DNA from: an uncultured Holophaga sp.
Lineage (GTDB): Bacteria; Acidobacteriota; Holophagae; Holophagales; Holophagaceae
Assembly (NCBI GenBank): GCA_963664825.1
Contig: OY761614.1
Location: 2,688,001 to 2,752,000 of the forward strand
DNA length: 64,000 bases
Reading direction: 5' to 3'
Made by a program: the position numbers and the translations under genes. A model generated the notes under the pieces. That model was not told the origin of the DNA. It saw only the letters and a list, made by a program, of their open reading frames with translations, and did no database searches. This document shows positions 1 through 9,393 of the stretch, in pieces. The stretch's first letter is position 1. Each line of letters begins with the position of its first letter.

Positions 1-1782
1 GCATCCTTTATCGGCTTTACGGGCACGCCCATCGAGCGGGCCGATGCCAGCACCCGGGCGGTGTTCGGCGACACCATCAGCATCTATGACATCCAGCGGG
101 CCGTGTATGACGGTGCCACGGTGCCCATCTACTACGAGAGTCGCCTGGCCAAGCTGGAGATGAAGGAAAGCGAGCGCCCCCACCTGGACGAGGATTTTGA
201 AGAGGCCACCGAGGGCGAGGAGATCGAGCGCAAGGAGAAGCTGAAGAGCCGCTGGGCTCAGCTGGAGGCTTTGGTGGGCTCGGAGAACCGGGTGGGGCTC
301 ATCGCCCAGGATCTGGTGGATCACTGGGAGAAGCGCCTGGCCGTCATGGATGGCAAGGCCATGGTGGTCTGCATGAGCCGCCGGATCTGCATGGCGCTCT
401 ACCAGGCCCTGATCAAGCTGCGGCCGGAGTGGCACAGCGACGCCGATGAAGAGGGCATTCTGAAGGTGATCATGACGGGTTCCGCCTCGGACCCTTTGGA
501 ATGGCAGAGCCACATCCGCAGCAAGGCCCGGCGGGAGGCCATGGCCCAGCGGTTCCGCAAGCCTTCGGATCCCTTCCGCATCGTGATCGTGCGCGATATG
601 TGGCTGACCGGCTTCGATGCCCCGAGCCTGCACACCATGTATGTGGACAAACCCATGCGCGGCCACGGCCTTATGCAGGCCATCGCCCGCGTGAACCGTG
701 TCTTCAAGGACAAGCCCGGCGGCCTGGTGGTGGACTACCTGGGCCTGGCGGATGAGCTGAAGAAGGCGCTGGCCACCTACACGGAAGCCGGAGGCAAGGG
801 GAAGACGGCCCTGGATCAAGAGGAAGCCGTGGCCCTGATGCTGGAGAAGGCGGAGATCTGCCGCGGTCTCTTTCATGGCTTTGATCATTCCAAGTGGGTC
901 ACGGGCGCAGCCCACGAACGCCTGGCTCTGCTGCCCGAGGCCCAGGAGCACATCCTGGCCCAAGAGAACGGCAAGGACCGGCTGTTAGGGGCGGTCACCG
1001 AGCTTTCTCATGCCTTCGCCCTGGCCGTGCCCCACGAGGCTGCCATCGGCATCCGGGACGAAGTAGGCTTCTACCAAGCCGTGCGCGCCGTGCTCTCCAA
1101 GAGGGAGGCAGCGGACTTAAAATCCGATGAGGATCTGGACCACGCCATCCGGCAGATCATCTCGAAGGCTGTGGTCTCGGACCAGGTGGTGGACGTCTTC
1201 ACTGCCGCCGGGCTCAAGAAACCTGACATCTCTATCTTGTCGGACGAGTTCCTGGCCGAAGTTCGGGACATGCCCCAGCGGAACCTGGCCGTGGAACTGC
1301 TCCAGAAGCTGCTGAAGGGTGAGATCCGCAGCCGCGCCAAGAGGAACGTGGTCCAGGCCCGGTCCTTCACGGAGATGCTTGAACTGGCCATCCGCAAATA
1401 TCAGAACCGCGCCATCGAGACGGCCCAGGTCATCGAAGAGCTGATCCAGCTGGCCAAGGAAATGAAGGCCGCAGATGCCCGCGGTGAATCCCTGGGCCTC
1501 AGCCCCGACGAACTGGCCTTCTACGACGCCCTGGAAGCCAATGACAGCGCTGTTAAGGTGCTGGGCGAGCCCACCCTCCAGGCCATCGCCCGGGAGCTGG
1601 TGGAGACCGTCCGGAAGAACGTGACCATCGACTGGACCCTGCGCGACAACGTCCGCGCCCAGCTCCGCGTGCTGGTGAAGCGCATTCTGCGCAAATACGG
1701 ATATCCGCCCGATATGCAGGAGAAGGCCACCAAGACCGTCCTGGAACAAGCCGAGGTGATCATGGGCAGCTTGGTGGGATAG
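1..1782 (+). CDS. hsdR: Type I restriction endonuclease subunit R, 5'-truncated by the window edge
   Basis: Frame open from base 1 ([10 protein letters not shown]); helicase motifs DMWLTGFD and [11 protein letters not shown]-terminal TIDWT...[13 protein letters not shown] typical of HsdR. Confidence 0.95.
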   Translation, partial: ASFIGFTGTPIERADASTRAVFGDTISIYDIQRAVYDGATVPIYYESRLAKLEMKESERPHLDEDFEEATEGEEIERKEKLKSRWAQLEALVGSENRVGLIAQDLVDHWEKRLAVMDGKAMVVCMSRRICMALYQALIKLRPEWHSDADEEGILKVIMTGSASDPLEWQSHIRSKARREAMAQRFRKPSDPFRIVIVRDMWLTGFDAPSLHTMYVDKPMRGHGLMQAIARVNRVFKDKPGGLVVDYLGLADELKKALATYTEAGGKGKTALDQEEAVALMLEKAEICRGLFHGFDHSKWVTGAAHERLALLPEAQEHILAQENGKDRLLGAVTELSHAFALAVPHEAAIGIRDEVGFYQAVRAVLSKREAADLKSDEDLDHAIRQIISKAVVSDQVVDVFTAAGLKKPDISILSDEFLAEVRDMPQRNLAVELLQKLLKGEIRSRAKRNVVQARSFTEMLELAIRKYQNRAIETAQVIEELIQLAKEMKAADARGESLGLSPDELAFYDALEANDSAVKVLGEPTLQAIARELVETVRKNVTIDWTLRDNVRAQLRVLVKRILRKYGYPPDMQEKATKTVLEQAEVIMGSLVG

Positions 1783-1854
1783 AAGGGTTGGGGTTCTGGG
1801 TCCCTGGGACTCCAACCGTGACGGATAGAAGCGGTGTTTCGATCAACGATCAGC

Positions 1855-2078
1855 CTTTGGCTACACCCCGAGGACAGCCCTTGCGTGGAGGGTGGCGAGC
1901 CCTACGCTTGCCTCCCGGCCAGGGGCGCACCCCTGGCCGGCGAGCGTAGCGGGTAGCGCCTGGGTGGACCGTTGGGCCCACGCCGCCGCTTGCGGCGGAT
2001 GGGGCGGTCCGCCCGGGCGCGGGGCGCAGTCCACCTGGAGCGCAAGGGCTCCCGGAGGGGCCACCCCCTGAGGCTAAA
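1855..2078. other. Highly structured non-coding segment, candidate single-strand origin or ssDNA signal
   Basis: Perfect IRs AGCCCTTGCG(1876-1885)/CGCAAGGGCT(2041-2050) and CCGGCCAGGGG-cgca-CCCCTGGCCGG(1915-1940); further nested hairpins; GCGAGCGTAGCG motif. Confidence 0.45.
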
Positions 2079-2094
2079 GAAAAGTTGCGATGGG

Positions 2095-2122
2095 TTGCAT
2101 ATCGGCGCAATGCGCCTATATT
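2095..2122 (+). promoter_or_regulatory. Putative sigma70 promoter with a palindromic operator in the spacer
   Basis: TTGCAT-N16-TATATT; GGCGCA-a-TGCGCC at 2104-2116, upstream of the HTH gene. Confidence 0.5.
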
Positions 2123-2165
2123 GTGTGGTGTGCAGGTCTTGCTCCACCATTCGAGGACATCGCAC

Positions 2166-2828
2166 ATGTCTAGACCCATGACCCTTCCTCCGCCCTGGAA
2201 TGAACTCGCCTCACAGCTTGGGGGCGTCGGGGCCTTGGCAAAGGCGCTCGGAACGGTGCCTCGAACTGTCAACGACTGGGTCAATGGAAATCGCGTTCCG
2301 CGTGGTCCTGCCTGGTGCCTCATTCAGAGGGTCTTTCACGAGAACGGCCTTCAGCCACCCGAGAAACCCAGCTCGGCATTCGCGCGTCCTATTCCTGATG
2401 CGAGGAAGTTCCTGGATGAAATCGCGGCGGGCTTCGCCGAGTATCAGTGTCTCCTTGATGACAAGAACGATGGGTTCCAGTGGCTGACGCGCGTTAAGGC
2501 CGTTGATGCTCTCGCACGGGTGGAGGCCGCCGGAATCGGCTTGGAAAGAGCTGTCTGCGCGGTTCTCATCCAATTGGCGAGTGCACAAGAGAAGGATGCC
2601 TTCCGCGATGCAGTGGAGCGTTGTCGCGCATTCCAGATCGCCTTGGATGGGCCCGCACAAGCCCTTTTGATGCAGGTGACCCGAGGGGTTGGGCCCGGTG
2701 ATCCCAGGCGGATCCAAATTCTTCAGAGTCTGCAATCCCGCTGTGCTGAATCTCTGGGATACCTCCGAGATGTTCTGCGCGACCTGGAGGACTCTCAGGC
2801 CCAACAGCAGGACTGTCGCGATCTCTGA
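2166..2828 (+). CDS. Cro/XRE-like HTH protein with a helical C-terminal domain of unknown function
   Basis: LGGVGALAKALGTVPRTVNDWVNG HTH signature; GAGGA upstream of ATG 2166. Confidence 0.7.
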   Translation: MSRPMTLPPPWNELASQLGGVGALAKALGTVPRTVNDWVNGNRVPRGPAWCLIQRVFHENGLQPPEKPSSAFARPIPDARKFLDEIAAGFAEYQCLLDDKNDGFQWLTRVKAVDALARVEAAGIGLERAVCAVLIQLASAQEKDAFRDAVERCRAFQIALDGPAQALLMQVTRGVGPGDPRRIQILQSLQSRCAESLGYLRDVLRDLEDSQAQQQDCRDL

Positions 2829-2853
2829 TTCAGGTCATGCAAGGGATTCTTTC

Positions 2854-3795
2854 ATGCGTCTCGTATGTCTTTCAGACACCCACGGCCTCCACAACAGCAT
2901 CCATGTCCCTGAGGGCGATGTCCTGATTCATGCCGGTGATTTCTGCAATACCGGGACGGAGAGGGAGGTTCACAAATTTGCCAAGTGGCTGAATCGCCTG
3001 CCACACCGATGGAAGATCGTCGTTGCTGGCAATCACGACTGGTTCTTCCAGAAACAACCGGAGCTTGCGCGCGCATACCTGGAACCTGATGTGATCTACC
3101 TTCAGGATTCCGGCTGCGAGATTGAAGGCCTGAAGATTTGGGGCTCTCCCTGGCAGCCCTGGTTCATGGATTGGGCCTTCAACCTGCCGCGAAGAGGTGC
3201 GGCGCTTCGTGAAAAGTGGAGTCAAATTCCGCTTGCTACGGACATCCTCATCACGCACAGTCCACCCCACGGGACCCTGGACGAAGTCAGGTCGCAATCG
3301 TCCGCATTTGAGATTGAAACAGCCTCTAGTGGCCCACTGGGGTGTGAGCATCTTGCGGACCGCCTCCCTGCTGTGCTGCCGGGACTCCACGTATTTGGGC
3401 ATATCCACGATGGGCATGGCCATTTGGTGCGAGATCGCACGCTCCATGTAAACGCCTCGATCTGCGACGAGCGCTATGAGCCGATTCACCATCCCATCGT
3501 TGTGGACGTCGATCTCCGTGCTGCACAACGCGTTTTCGAGATCGCCTCAGGGGGTGAGGAGGTCTCGGAGCTCCCATCCCACGGCCGCGGCCAGACGTTC
3601 CATGTTGTCGATGGAAACATTCCGCTCACCGCGTTCCACGGAGCCCACATACGTGCGATGAAGCTCCGACAGCTCGGCCAATTTTTCCTGGGAGAGGCCG
3701 CGCGCGAGGCGAGCCTTTCGGAGGTTCGTGGCGAAGAGCAGGCGAGCTCTGGGGCGTGGAGACGAAGGTGGCACATGCCATCCTTCGCTTTCTGA
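2854..3795 (+). CDS. Calcineurin-like metallophosphoesterase (MPPED-like)
   Basis: SDTH, HAGD, GNHD, THSPP and FGHIH motifs; start reassigned to ATG 2854; C-terminal tail overlaps the antisense HTH gene. Confidence 0.9.
   Translation: MRLVCLSDTHGLHNSIHVPEGDVLIHAGDFCNTGTEREVHKFAKWLNRLPHRWKIVVAGNHDWFFQKQPELARAYLEPDVIYLQDSGCEIEGLKIWGSPWQPWFMDWAFNLPRRGAALREKWSQIPLATDILITHSPPHGTLDEVRSQSSAFEIETASSGPLGCEHLADRLPAVLPGLHVFGHIHDGHGHLVRDRTLHVNASICDERYEPIHHPIVVDVDLRAAQRVFEIASGGEEVSELPSHGRGQTFHVVDGNIPLTAFHGAHIRAMKLRQLGQFFLGEAAREASLSEVRGEEQASSGAWRRRWHMPSFAF
3547..3774 (-). CDS. XRE-family regulator, RM controller (C protein)-like
   Basis: LSQEKLAELSELHRTYVGSVERGERNVSIDN; AAGGA RBS; C-box directly upstream. 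Confidence 0.9.
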   Translation of the reverse strand: MPPSSPRPRARLLFATNLRKARLARGLSQEKLAELSELHRTYVGSVERGERNVSIDNMERLAAAVGWELRDLLTP

Positions 3796-3796
3796 T

Positions 3797-3822
3797 GACT
3801 ATGGATCTACAGACTTAAAGTA
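3797..3822 (-). promoter_or_regulatory. C-box operator
   Basis: Minus strand TACT-tta-AGTC-TGTA-GATC-cat-AGTC fits the GACT-N3-AGTC-TGTA-GACT-N3-AGTC consensus of C.PvuII-type operators. Confidence 0.8.
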
Positions 3823-3843
3823 GCATATTCAATTCACCTTCCC

Positions 3844-4260
3844 TTGTTGACCGTCAAACGGGCAATCCACCAAGATCGGAGGCCATGGGTGCAAAAGGCA
3901 GTTCGACAACGACTCACCAGGTTCGGACTGAACCTGTCGAGTGCTGCATGTTTCCTTTTATTCGGACTCTGGGCTCTGGGCGGAACGCTATTCACCGCGG
4001 TGGTAGCCTTCATGGGTGTCGTAATGACCTTCGGTCTCGCTGTCTGGCCCCTCGTCATTCTGGGGGCGCTGGTTTTCTGGGGGCCCCTGTTCGTGGCGAT
4101 CAGGCTGGGGCGAATTTTCCTCAAGGCCGTAAGGGCATGGGCTGACAAGGAGGACCCAGATCCATTCCTAGATGTCTTTGCGGCTCACACCCGAGCTCGC
4201 TTTTCCCTGGCCCCAGAGAAATGTGCCGAAGGCCCTAGGTTGCCGATCTCAATTGCATAG
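3844..4260 (+). CDS. Hypothetical membrane protein
   Basis: Long hydrophobic stretch; start codon uncertain. Confidence 0.5.
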   Translation: MLTVKRAIHQDRRPWVQKAVRQRLTRFGLNLSSAACFLLFGLWALGGTLFTAVVAFMGVVMTFGLAVWPLVILGALVFWGPLFVAIRLGRIFLKAVRAWADKEDPDPFLDVFAAHTRARFSLAPEKCAEGPRLPISIA

Positions 4261-4377
4261 GCGTCTCAGAACAGGCTTGGAATCTAGCCTTCACCGCGAC
4301 GTCCTGATGGTGCCCCTCGTTCAAAAAACCTGCGGCCGTCCGGGATTTCATCACCTCTCTTTAATGGAGTTTGTATC

Positions 4378-5760
4378 ATGCAGCGACTGTTCGTAGTTCC
4401 CCTGTGCCTCCTTTTCTCCGCCGTGTCCTACTGCAGGGTTCCCACTCCCAATTCCAGGGTGGCGAAGGCCAAAGAGTCCCGAGAATCGATTCTCTGGAAA
4501 CCCGTCCATCTGCAGAGTCAGCGGTTCGACGATGAAGTGAGTCCCTTCGGGAGGATCGAGATGGAGTGCGATTCCTTCCCCCAGAATGAAGGTGCTACGC
4601 GGGTCCGGTGGCAGTTCCAGGCCCAAAGCGAACCCGAGGCGCGCAAGGGATTCGCTCTTCTTCATGCCGACATGCTCTTGAAGCACGAAGGCTGGCTGCG
4701 ACTCATTACTTCGGACTATCAACAATACCTTAAGGCCTACAAGGCCTTTCCGGATCTTGGCGTGGCCTCTCGGGAAGCCTTCATCTATCGGCCCAAGGAT
4801 GAGGTCACCTTCAAGAAGATGCTTGGAGGCATTGAGATGCTGGGTAGCCGCAGCGTGGGTCGGCGTTCAGCCTTGGTGCCCCAACTCTTCCTGCTTATGA
4901 CCCTGGACAAGTTCTCCTTCGAGAAGGGTGCAGCTACATTCATGGTGAAATTCAGGCCGCTCATATATGGATCATCTTTAGACCAATCAGTTGGCGGCGG
5001 GGTGGATATTGGTGAAGTCGGGGTTTTCTCCTATTCTTCGGCGAGTCTGCTGGATTCCCTTGTGGCGCTCTTCAAGGAACATCGGCCTCGGTTGGCACCC
5101 GGGTTGGATACGTCTGCTTCGAGAACCTCAGGGGCTGGAGCCCCCCGAGAGGGCGCAACCGCTATGAGCCCTCGGCCGCTGGAGAAAGCGCCTGCTGCGG
5201 AATTACCCATGGCTGAGGTCCGGCGCCAGCAGCGAATGGTATTCGAGGCCAATCGGAAAGCGGTGAAGGTCCTGGCTCTACCAAATGGAGTGAGTGCCGA
5301 AGCCGAAGTCGCCCCGGTGTGTGTTGAGGTGCAGCGGCCCGATGCCCGGACAATCCAGTTCCCCTCCACGATGGAGCAAATGGAGGGGTTGCCCAGGCTG
5401 ACGCTTCCTGCGAAGGCACTCAGCACGATTCGAATCCAGGCCCATCACCAGATCGCCTACAAGCAGGCCAAACCCCATCTTGTCTTTCTCGGCCAGGGGA
5501 ATCCGCAGGGAAGGCGTTTGATCACCACACCGGACCAGCTTCCTATGACAGCAAACGGAATGGGTCTGGACTGCAGCAACCTCTCCCTATGTTTGTCCGA
5601 TGGCGATTCTGGGATCTGGCTCCTCTTCAACACCGTGGGCACCTTTGCGCCGGGTGTCTATGCCCTGACATTCCCGCCCATCTCTGGCATGGATGCCCGG
5701 GCGGAGCTGCCGACGCGTGATTACTACCTCTTCCGGGTGGAGTCTCCCGCAGGCAAGTAG
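4378..5760 (+). CDS. Hypothetical exported protein, probably two domains
   Basis: 460-aa ORF, GGAG RBS, signal-peptide-like N-terminus, low-complexity central linker. Confidence 0.7.
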   Translation: MQRLFVVPLCLLFSAVSYCRVPTPNSRVAKAKESRESILWKPVHLQSQRFDDEVSPFGRIEMECDSFPQNEGATRVRWQFQAQSEPEARKGFALLHADMLLKHEGWLRLITSDYQQYLKAYKAFPDLGVASREAFIYRPKDEVTFKKMLGGIEMLGSRSVGRRSALVPQLFLLMTLDKFSFEKGAATFMVKFRPLIYGSSLDQSVGGGVDIGEVGVFSYSSASLLDSLVALFKEHRPRLAPGLDTSASRTSGAGAPREGATAMSPRPLEKAPAAELPMAEVRRQQRMVFEANRKAVKVLALPNGVSAEAEVAPVCVEVQRPDARTIQFPSTMEQMEGLPRLTLPAKALSTIRIQAHHQIAYKQAKPHLVFLGQGNPQGRRLITTPDQLPMTANGMGLDCSNLSLCLSDGDSGIWLLFNTVGTFAPGVYALTFPPISGMDARAELPTRDYYLFRVESPAGK

Positions 5761-5786
5761 GATGAACTTACCTTCAGGGGAATGAC

Positions 5787-6245
5787 ATGCGAGGGCTGAT
5801 TAATATCGATTCCACGAGGATCTTGGATGAGGTCGAGGTGGCTCTCTTTGATCTGGCCGCTGCGCGAGATTTCCCTGTTGATGGGGGCGAGCTTTACCAG
5901 ATTGGGAACCGGCGGGACGCAGCCCTTGCGCGGATACGGGCTGCCATGAAGGGCCTCTGCCATGAAGTCCAGCGGCTGCTGCTCCGCCTCGGAGAGGCGG
6001 AGGGATGTCCACGCGAGCTGCTTCCACAGATCCGGAAACAGGCCTTGGCCTTGGGCGAGCTGGTGCGCCCAAATGGTGGTCTCGATCTCCTACTGGATCA
6101 GCTTGATGACCTGCGGGAGTTCACCGAAAAATACGGAACATGGGCGGCTCAGTCTGCACGAGCAGACCTCATGGAGGTGCGTATGCATCTCCATGAGATC
6201 CATCGGAACTACGTAAGGATGGCGGGGCTCCCTCTCAGCGCGTGA
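5787..6245 (+). CDS. Hypothetical helical protein
   Basis: 152-aa ORF following the previous gene, protein-like composition. Confidence 0.6.
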   Translation: MRGLINIDSTRILDEVEVALFDLAAARDFPVDGGELYQIGNRRDAALARIRAAMKGLCHEVQRLLLRLGEAEGCPRELLPQIRKQALALGELVRPNGGLDLLLDQLDDLREFTEKYGTWAAQSARADLMEVRMHLHEIHRNYVRMAGLPLSA

Positions 6246-8229
6246 GGCCTCGGGGCTTTCGGGAAGGAGGGGGCGCTTCCGGGGTGGCAGGATGCTCGGC
6301 TTGGATCTCTCGCTCTAGGCGATCAATAGCGCCCCAGCGTTCACCAGCAGGTCGGGCATTTCGAGCTTGGTCCTCTGCCACGACAGTGGCGAGGGGATCA
6401 CCGATTCGAGCATTCAACGCCATGGACCGCTCCACGAGTTTTCTCCATCCCGAGCGCACCAGGTCCAGGCGGTTTGAGAGCCAGCCCGCAAAGCCGCGTT
6501 CCCGCTCTTCTTGGACTTCATGAAGGGGAAGGCGATAAGCCTCCCGGATCGTGTCGTCCGCTGTCCAGTAAGCCTCATTCCGATTCGTATCGTTACCGTG
6601 AGTGAGGCTTCGCTCCGCTAGGCGTTCCACCTGGACTGGCAGATCCTCGGGATGACAGGGCTCCAGGTGCATGCGCCAGGAGCCGTCCCTGGCCAAGATG
6701 AGGGACTTCTCTGGCGCAGGTTCCAGCAAATGGCGGGTCACGAAGGAGAACCAGCGGGTCAGCTGGGGGATGTGCTCATCGGCGAAGTCTCGGAGGGATC
6801 CGGGGTCCAGAGCCGGTAGAGCCGCTGGTGGTAGAGGGCGCCCCAGCCCCAGAGCCGGGCCTGCCTCCAGGTCAGGGGATCGCTGTCCCCTAGCAAGGTC
6901 AGCGTTGCTGGCGGCAGGGGATGCAACCCATCCAGGTCCACCATGTGCGCCTGCGCCATGGCTGCTGGGCTCTCCAGGTAGGCGATCAGCGCTTCTGGGG
7001 GCGCTTCCATCAGGATGGGCCCCATCCGGGTTCCCACCACGAAGATCCGCCGCTCGTCGAGGAAGGGCAGCACCGCCGGAATCCCTGGCGCATCCAGGCC
7101 CTTCGGCATCAGCTCCATTAGCTCGTTGGGTGTCGGACTTCGACGAGAGGTCTCCCAGGTGGACCAGACCCGCTTCCGGGTTTGAGCCATCAGGTCGGCC
7201 ATCGTAGTTTTCCATGCCTTCCATTCCGGCTGATGGATCCAGCGTCCCGGAGGCTGGAGACCCAGCCATTCGGCCTCCCAGCTCGGAATCTGGTCCTGTC
7301 GCTCGAGCCGCTCGGGCCGACCATGTGGGGTTGGGATTTCCAGGGTGCTCATGTTCATGCTTTAGGCTCCGGATGTGGTGGTTAGTGCGCTCGATGACGG
7401 TGGGTAGGCTGACGGCCGCGAGATCGATGCCCGGGTCGTAGCAGAGAGAATCGGCGAGGCCGGCGAAGCCGTAGGGTTTGCCGAGGTCACTTCCTTTCAT
7501 GCGTTCTCCGTTCTGTTCGAAGGTGATGCCCGTGATACGGGCACCACGGATGTTGAGGGTGGGGTTGACGCCGCGGACCTTCAGTTCCTTGAGGAATTGG
7601 GGGAAGGGCCGGGCGTGTGGATGGGCTTGCGCGGCTGTGATGGCCTCATCGATTACGACGCGAAACTGTTGCTTCTTTGTGGGAGCTCTGGTGCGCTCCG
7701 CAACTGCACGCTCTTTCCCGCGGAGGCGAGTCGTGTCCAGGGCCTCCCGCTGGTGAGTCCTCCCACTTCGGGTCGGGCTTGGAACGGGCTCGAGGCCGAA
7801 CTGTTCCTCGAGGATTCGGAGCGCGCTTTCGACCTTCCGGAAATCTCGAAGATGCTCACGGGCAATGCTCCCGTCGGCTCGAACTCGAGTAGCGACGATG
7901 TGGACGTGCTCGTGGGGGCGGTCGTGGTGCTGGACCACGGCGTAACTGTCCCACCCCATTTCTCGAGCCACATCTGCCGCCGCCAGGAGCCAACTCTCCG
8001 CTGTGAGATGCTCGCCTGGGAGCAGGGAGATAGAGAGATGTCGGACGGGTTTGGTGACCCGCGTCCGGAGTGCGGTGATGGTCCGAAGTTCGGCAGCCAG
8101 TTCTGCTGCTGACTCCCCTGCGAGGGTTCCCCCGAGGATTACACCCCGAGGTTCACCGTTCTCCTTGCCTCGAAATAGGTACCGGAGGAGCGGCGCAAAA
8201 TCACTCCCCTTGCTGAGCCGACCGATCAC
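6235..8229 (-). CDS. Relaxase / mobilisation nuclease (MOBP, VirD2-like)
   Basis: N-terminal LLRYL tyrosine, HLSISL, HHDRPHEHVHIV HUH motif, MKGSDLGKPY; downstream of mobC. Confidence 0.92.
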   Translation of the reverse strand: MIGRLSKGSDFAPLLRYLFRGKENGEPRGVILGGTLAGESAAELAAELRTITALRTRVTKPVRHLSISLLPGEHLTAESWLLAAADVAREMGWDSYAVVQHHDRPHEHVHIVATRVRADGSIAREHLRDFRKVESALRILEEQFGLEPVPSPTRSGRTHQREALDTTRLRGKERAVAERTRAPTKKQQFRVVIDEAITAAQAHPHARPFPQFLKELKVRGVNPTLNIRGARITGITFEQNGERMKGSDLGKPYGFAGLADSLCYDPGIDLAAVSLPTVIERTNHHIRSLKHEHEHPGNPNPTWSARAARATGPDSELGGRMAGSPASGTLDPSAGMEGMENYDGRPDGSNPEAGLVHLGDLSSKSDTQRANGADAEGPGCARDSGGAALPRRAADLRGGNPDGAHPDGSAPRSADRLPGEPSSHGAGAHGGPGWVASPAASNADLARGQRSPDLEAGPALGLGRPLPPAALPALDPGSLRDFADEHIPQLTRWFSFVTRHLLEPAPEKSLILARDGSWRMHLEPCHPEDLPVQVERLAERSLTHGNDTNRNEAYWTADDTIREAYRLPLHEVQEERERGFAGWLSNRLDLVRSGWRKLVERSMALNARIGDPLATVVAEDQARNARPAGERWGAIDRLEREIQAEHPATPEAPPPSRKPRGLTR
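6759..7358 (-). CDS. Nested out-of-frame gene within the relaxase, unknown function
   Basis: GGAG RBS before ATG; globular Trp-rich sequence while the overlapping relaxase segment is Gly/Ala/Pro low-complexity. Confidence 0.65.
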   Translation of the reverse strand: MNMSTLEIPTPHGRPERLERQDQIPSWEAEWLGLQPPGRWIHQPEWKAWKTTMADLMAQTRKRVWSTWETSRRSPTPNELMELMPKGLDAPGIPAVLPFLDERRIFVVGTRMGPILMEAPPEALIAYLESPAAMAQAHMVDLDGLHPLPPATLTLLGDSDPLTWRQARLWGWGALYHQRLYRLWTPDPSETSPMSTSPS

Positions 8230-8572
8230 GACGGAGCTCCTGCTGAACGCGGATTAGAAGAGACCGCAACGCCTGGATCTCGGTTTGGAGGCGTTCTTCA
8301 CCCGGGTAAACGCCAGCGTTTAGAGATCGCGCCAGCTGGTTAAGGTTGTTCCCGACCCGGCCGAGCTCCTGAGCGAAGGCGCGATCGACGGTGGGAGGTG
8401 GCACCTTTCCGAGGAGCAGACTTCGACCGAGTGCGGAAAAGCTGATGTTCCGCGCACGCGCTGCGGCCAGGAGCTGCGCGTGCTCCGGCCCTGATAGTCG
8501 GATCGTGATGATCACGGCGCGACGAAGCTCTTCCGCGACACGGTGGGTTCGATGGGATTCGATGGTGCTCAT
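8201..8572 (-). CDS. mobC: Mobilisation relaxosome protein MobC
   Basis: RHH-like ITIRLSGPEH and ELGRVGNNLNQLAR motif; overlaps the relaxase start. Confidence 0.92.
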   Translation of the reverse strand: MSTIESHRTHRVAEELRRAVIITIRLSGPEHAQLLAAARARNISFSALGRSLLLGKVPPPTVDRAFAQELGRVGNNLNQLARSLNAGVYPGEERLQTEIQALRSLLIRVQQELRRDRSAQQGE

Positions 8573-8605
8573 GGATGGTTTCCTTTCATGACCGATAGGC
8601 GCACG

Positions 8606-8700
8606 GGGTCCAGGGGCATGGCCCCTGGCGAGCGGCAGACGAATACCGAGGCGAGCGGAGCGACCCGATGTATTCGCTCGGCCTTGCTCGCTGTGCGTGA
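8606..8700. promoter_or_regulatory. Putative oriT
   Basis: Directly upstream of mobC; hairpins CCAGGGGC-atg-GCCCCTGG (8610-8628) and CGAATAC...GTATTCG; nic site not identified. Confidence 0.55.
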
Positions 8701-8715
8701 GTGAGTGGGTTCGGT

Positions 8716-9393
8716 TTACGCGACGGGCCTTCTGGGTTGCAGGCGCCGGTCACGACTGCCCTTTGGGAACTCGATCCAAAGGGACATGTGTTGCAGTCTG
8801 CTGAACACGGGCGCTCCATAGCGCAGGATCAGTGCTTCTGCATTGCAATTGGTGGTGCAGCTCGTGGGGCGGAAGTGATCGTAGCGGTGGCGGATCACCC
8901 GTTCGATGAAGCTCAGCCCCTTGTCGTATTCACGGCCTCCACGCTCTTTCGTCTCTGCACCAAGATCATCCAGAAAGAGATACTCGACATGTAGATACCG
9001 CTGGAGCAAATGCTCTTGTTCTGCAGCTCGGAGAGCCATACTCTTCCACTCGGCCACCAAGCTAGGGACGCTGCACCAGAGAAGTGGGACCTGCGTGATA
9101 TCGATCTGTTCTGGATTGAGTCCAGCATACTTCTTCTCCAGAAGAAGGTGCGCAAATGCAGCCATGGCATAGGTCTTGCCTACACCGGTGGTTCCCACCA
9201 GGAGCACTGCATTGGGCCGGGCTTTTTGAAACATGCCAATGGGAATTTCTTCGATGCGCTCGCAAATCGAAGCATCGAGCTTTGAGATGCACGCGTGGAT
9301 TTCGCTTGGGGGAATACCACTGCGTTCGAGGAGTGTGCGCAGCTGACTTCCATTCGACGGCTTGAAGTAGTCAAATGTAGGTTCAGTGGTCAT
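8716..9393 (-). CDS. DnaC/IstB-like ATPase (helicase loader)
   Basis: GTTGVGKT, LFLDDLGAE, TTN and FSRL motifs. Confidence 0.88.
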   Translation of the reverse strand: MTTEPTFDYFKPSNGSQLRTLLERSGIPPSEIHACISKLDASICERIEEIPIGMFQKARPNAVLLVGTTGVGKTYAMAAFAHLLLEKKYAGLNPEQIDITQVPLLWCSVPSLVAEWKSMALRAAEQEHLLQRYLHVEYLFLDDLGAETKERGGREYDKGLSFIERVIRHRYDHFRPTSCTTNCNAEALILRYGAPVFSRLQHMSLWIEFPKGSRDRRLQPRRPVA

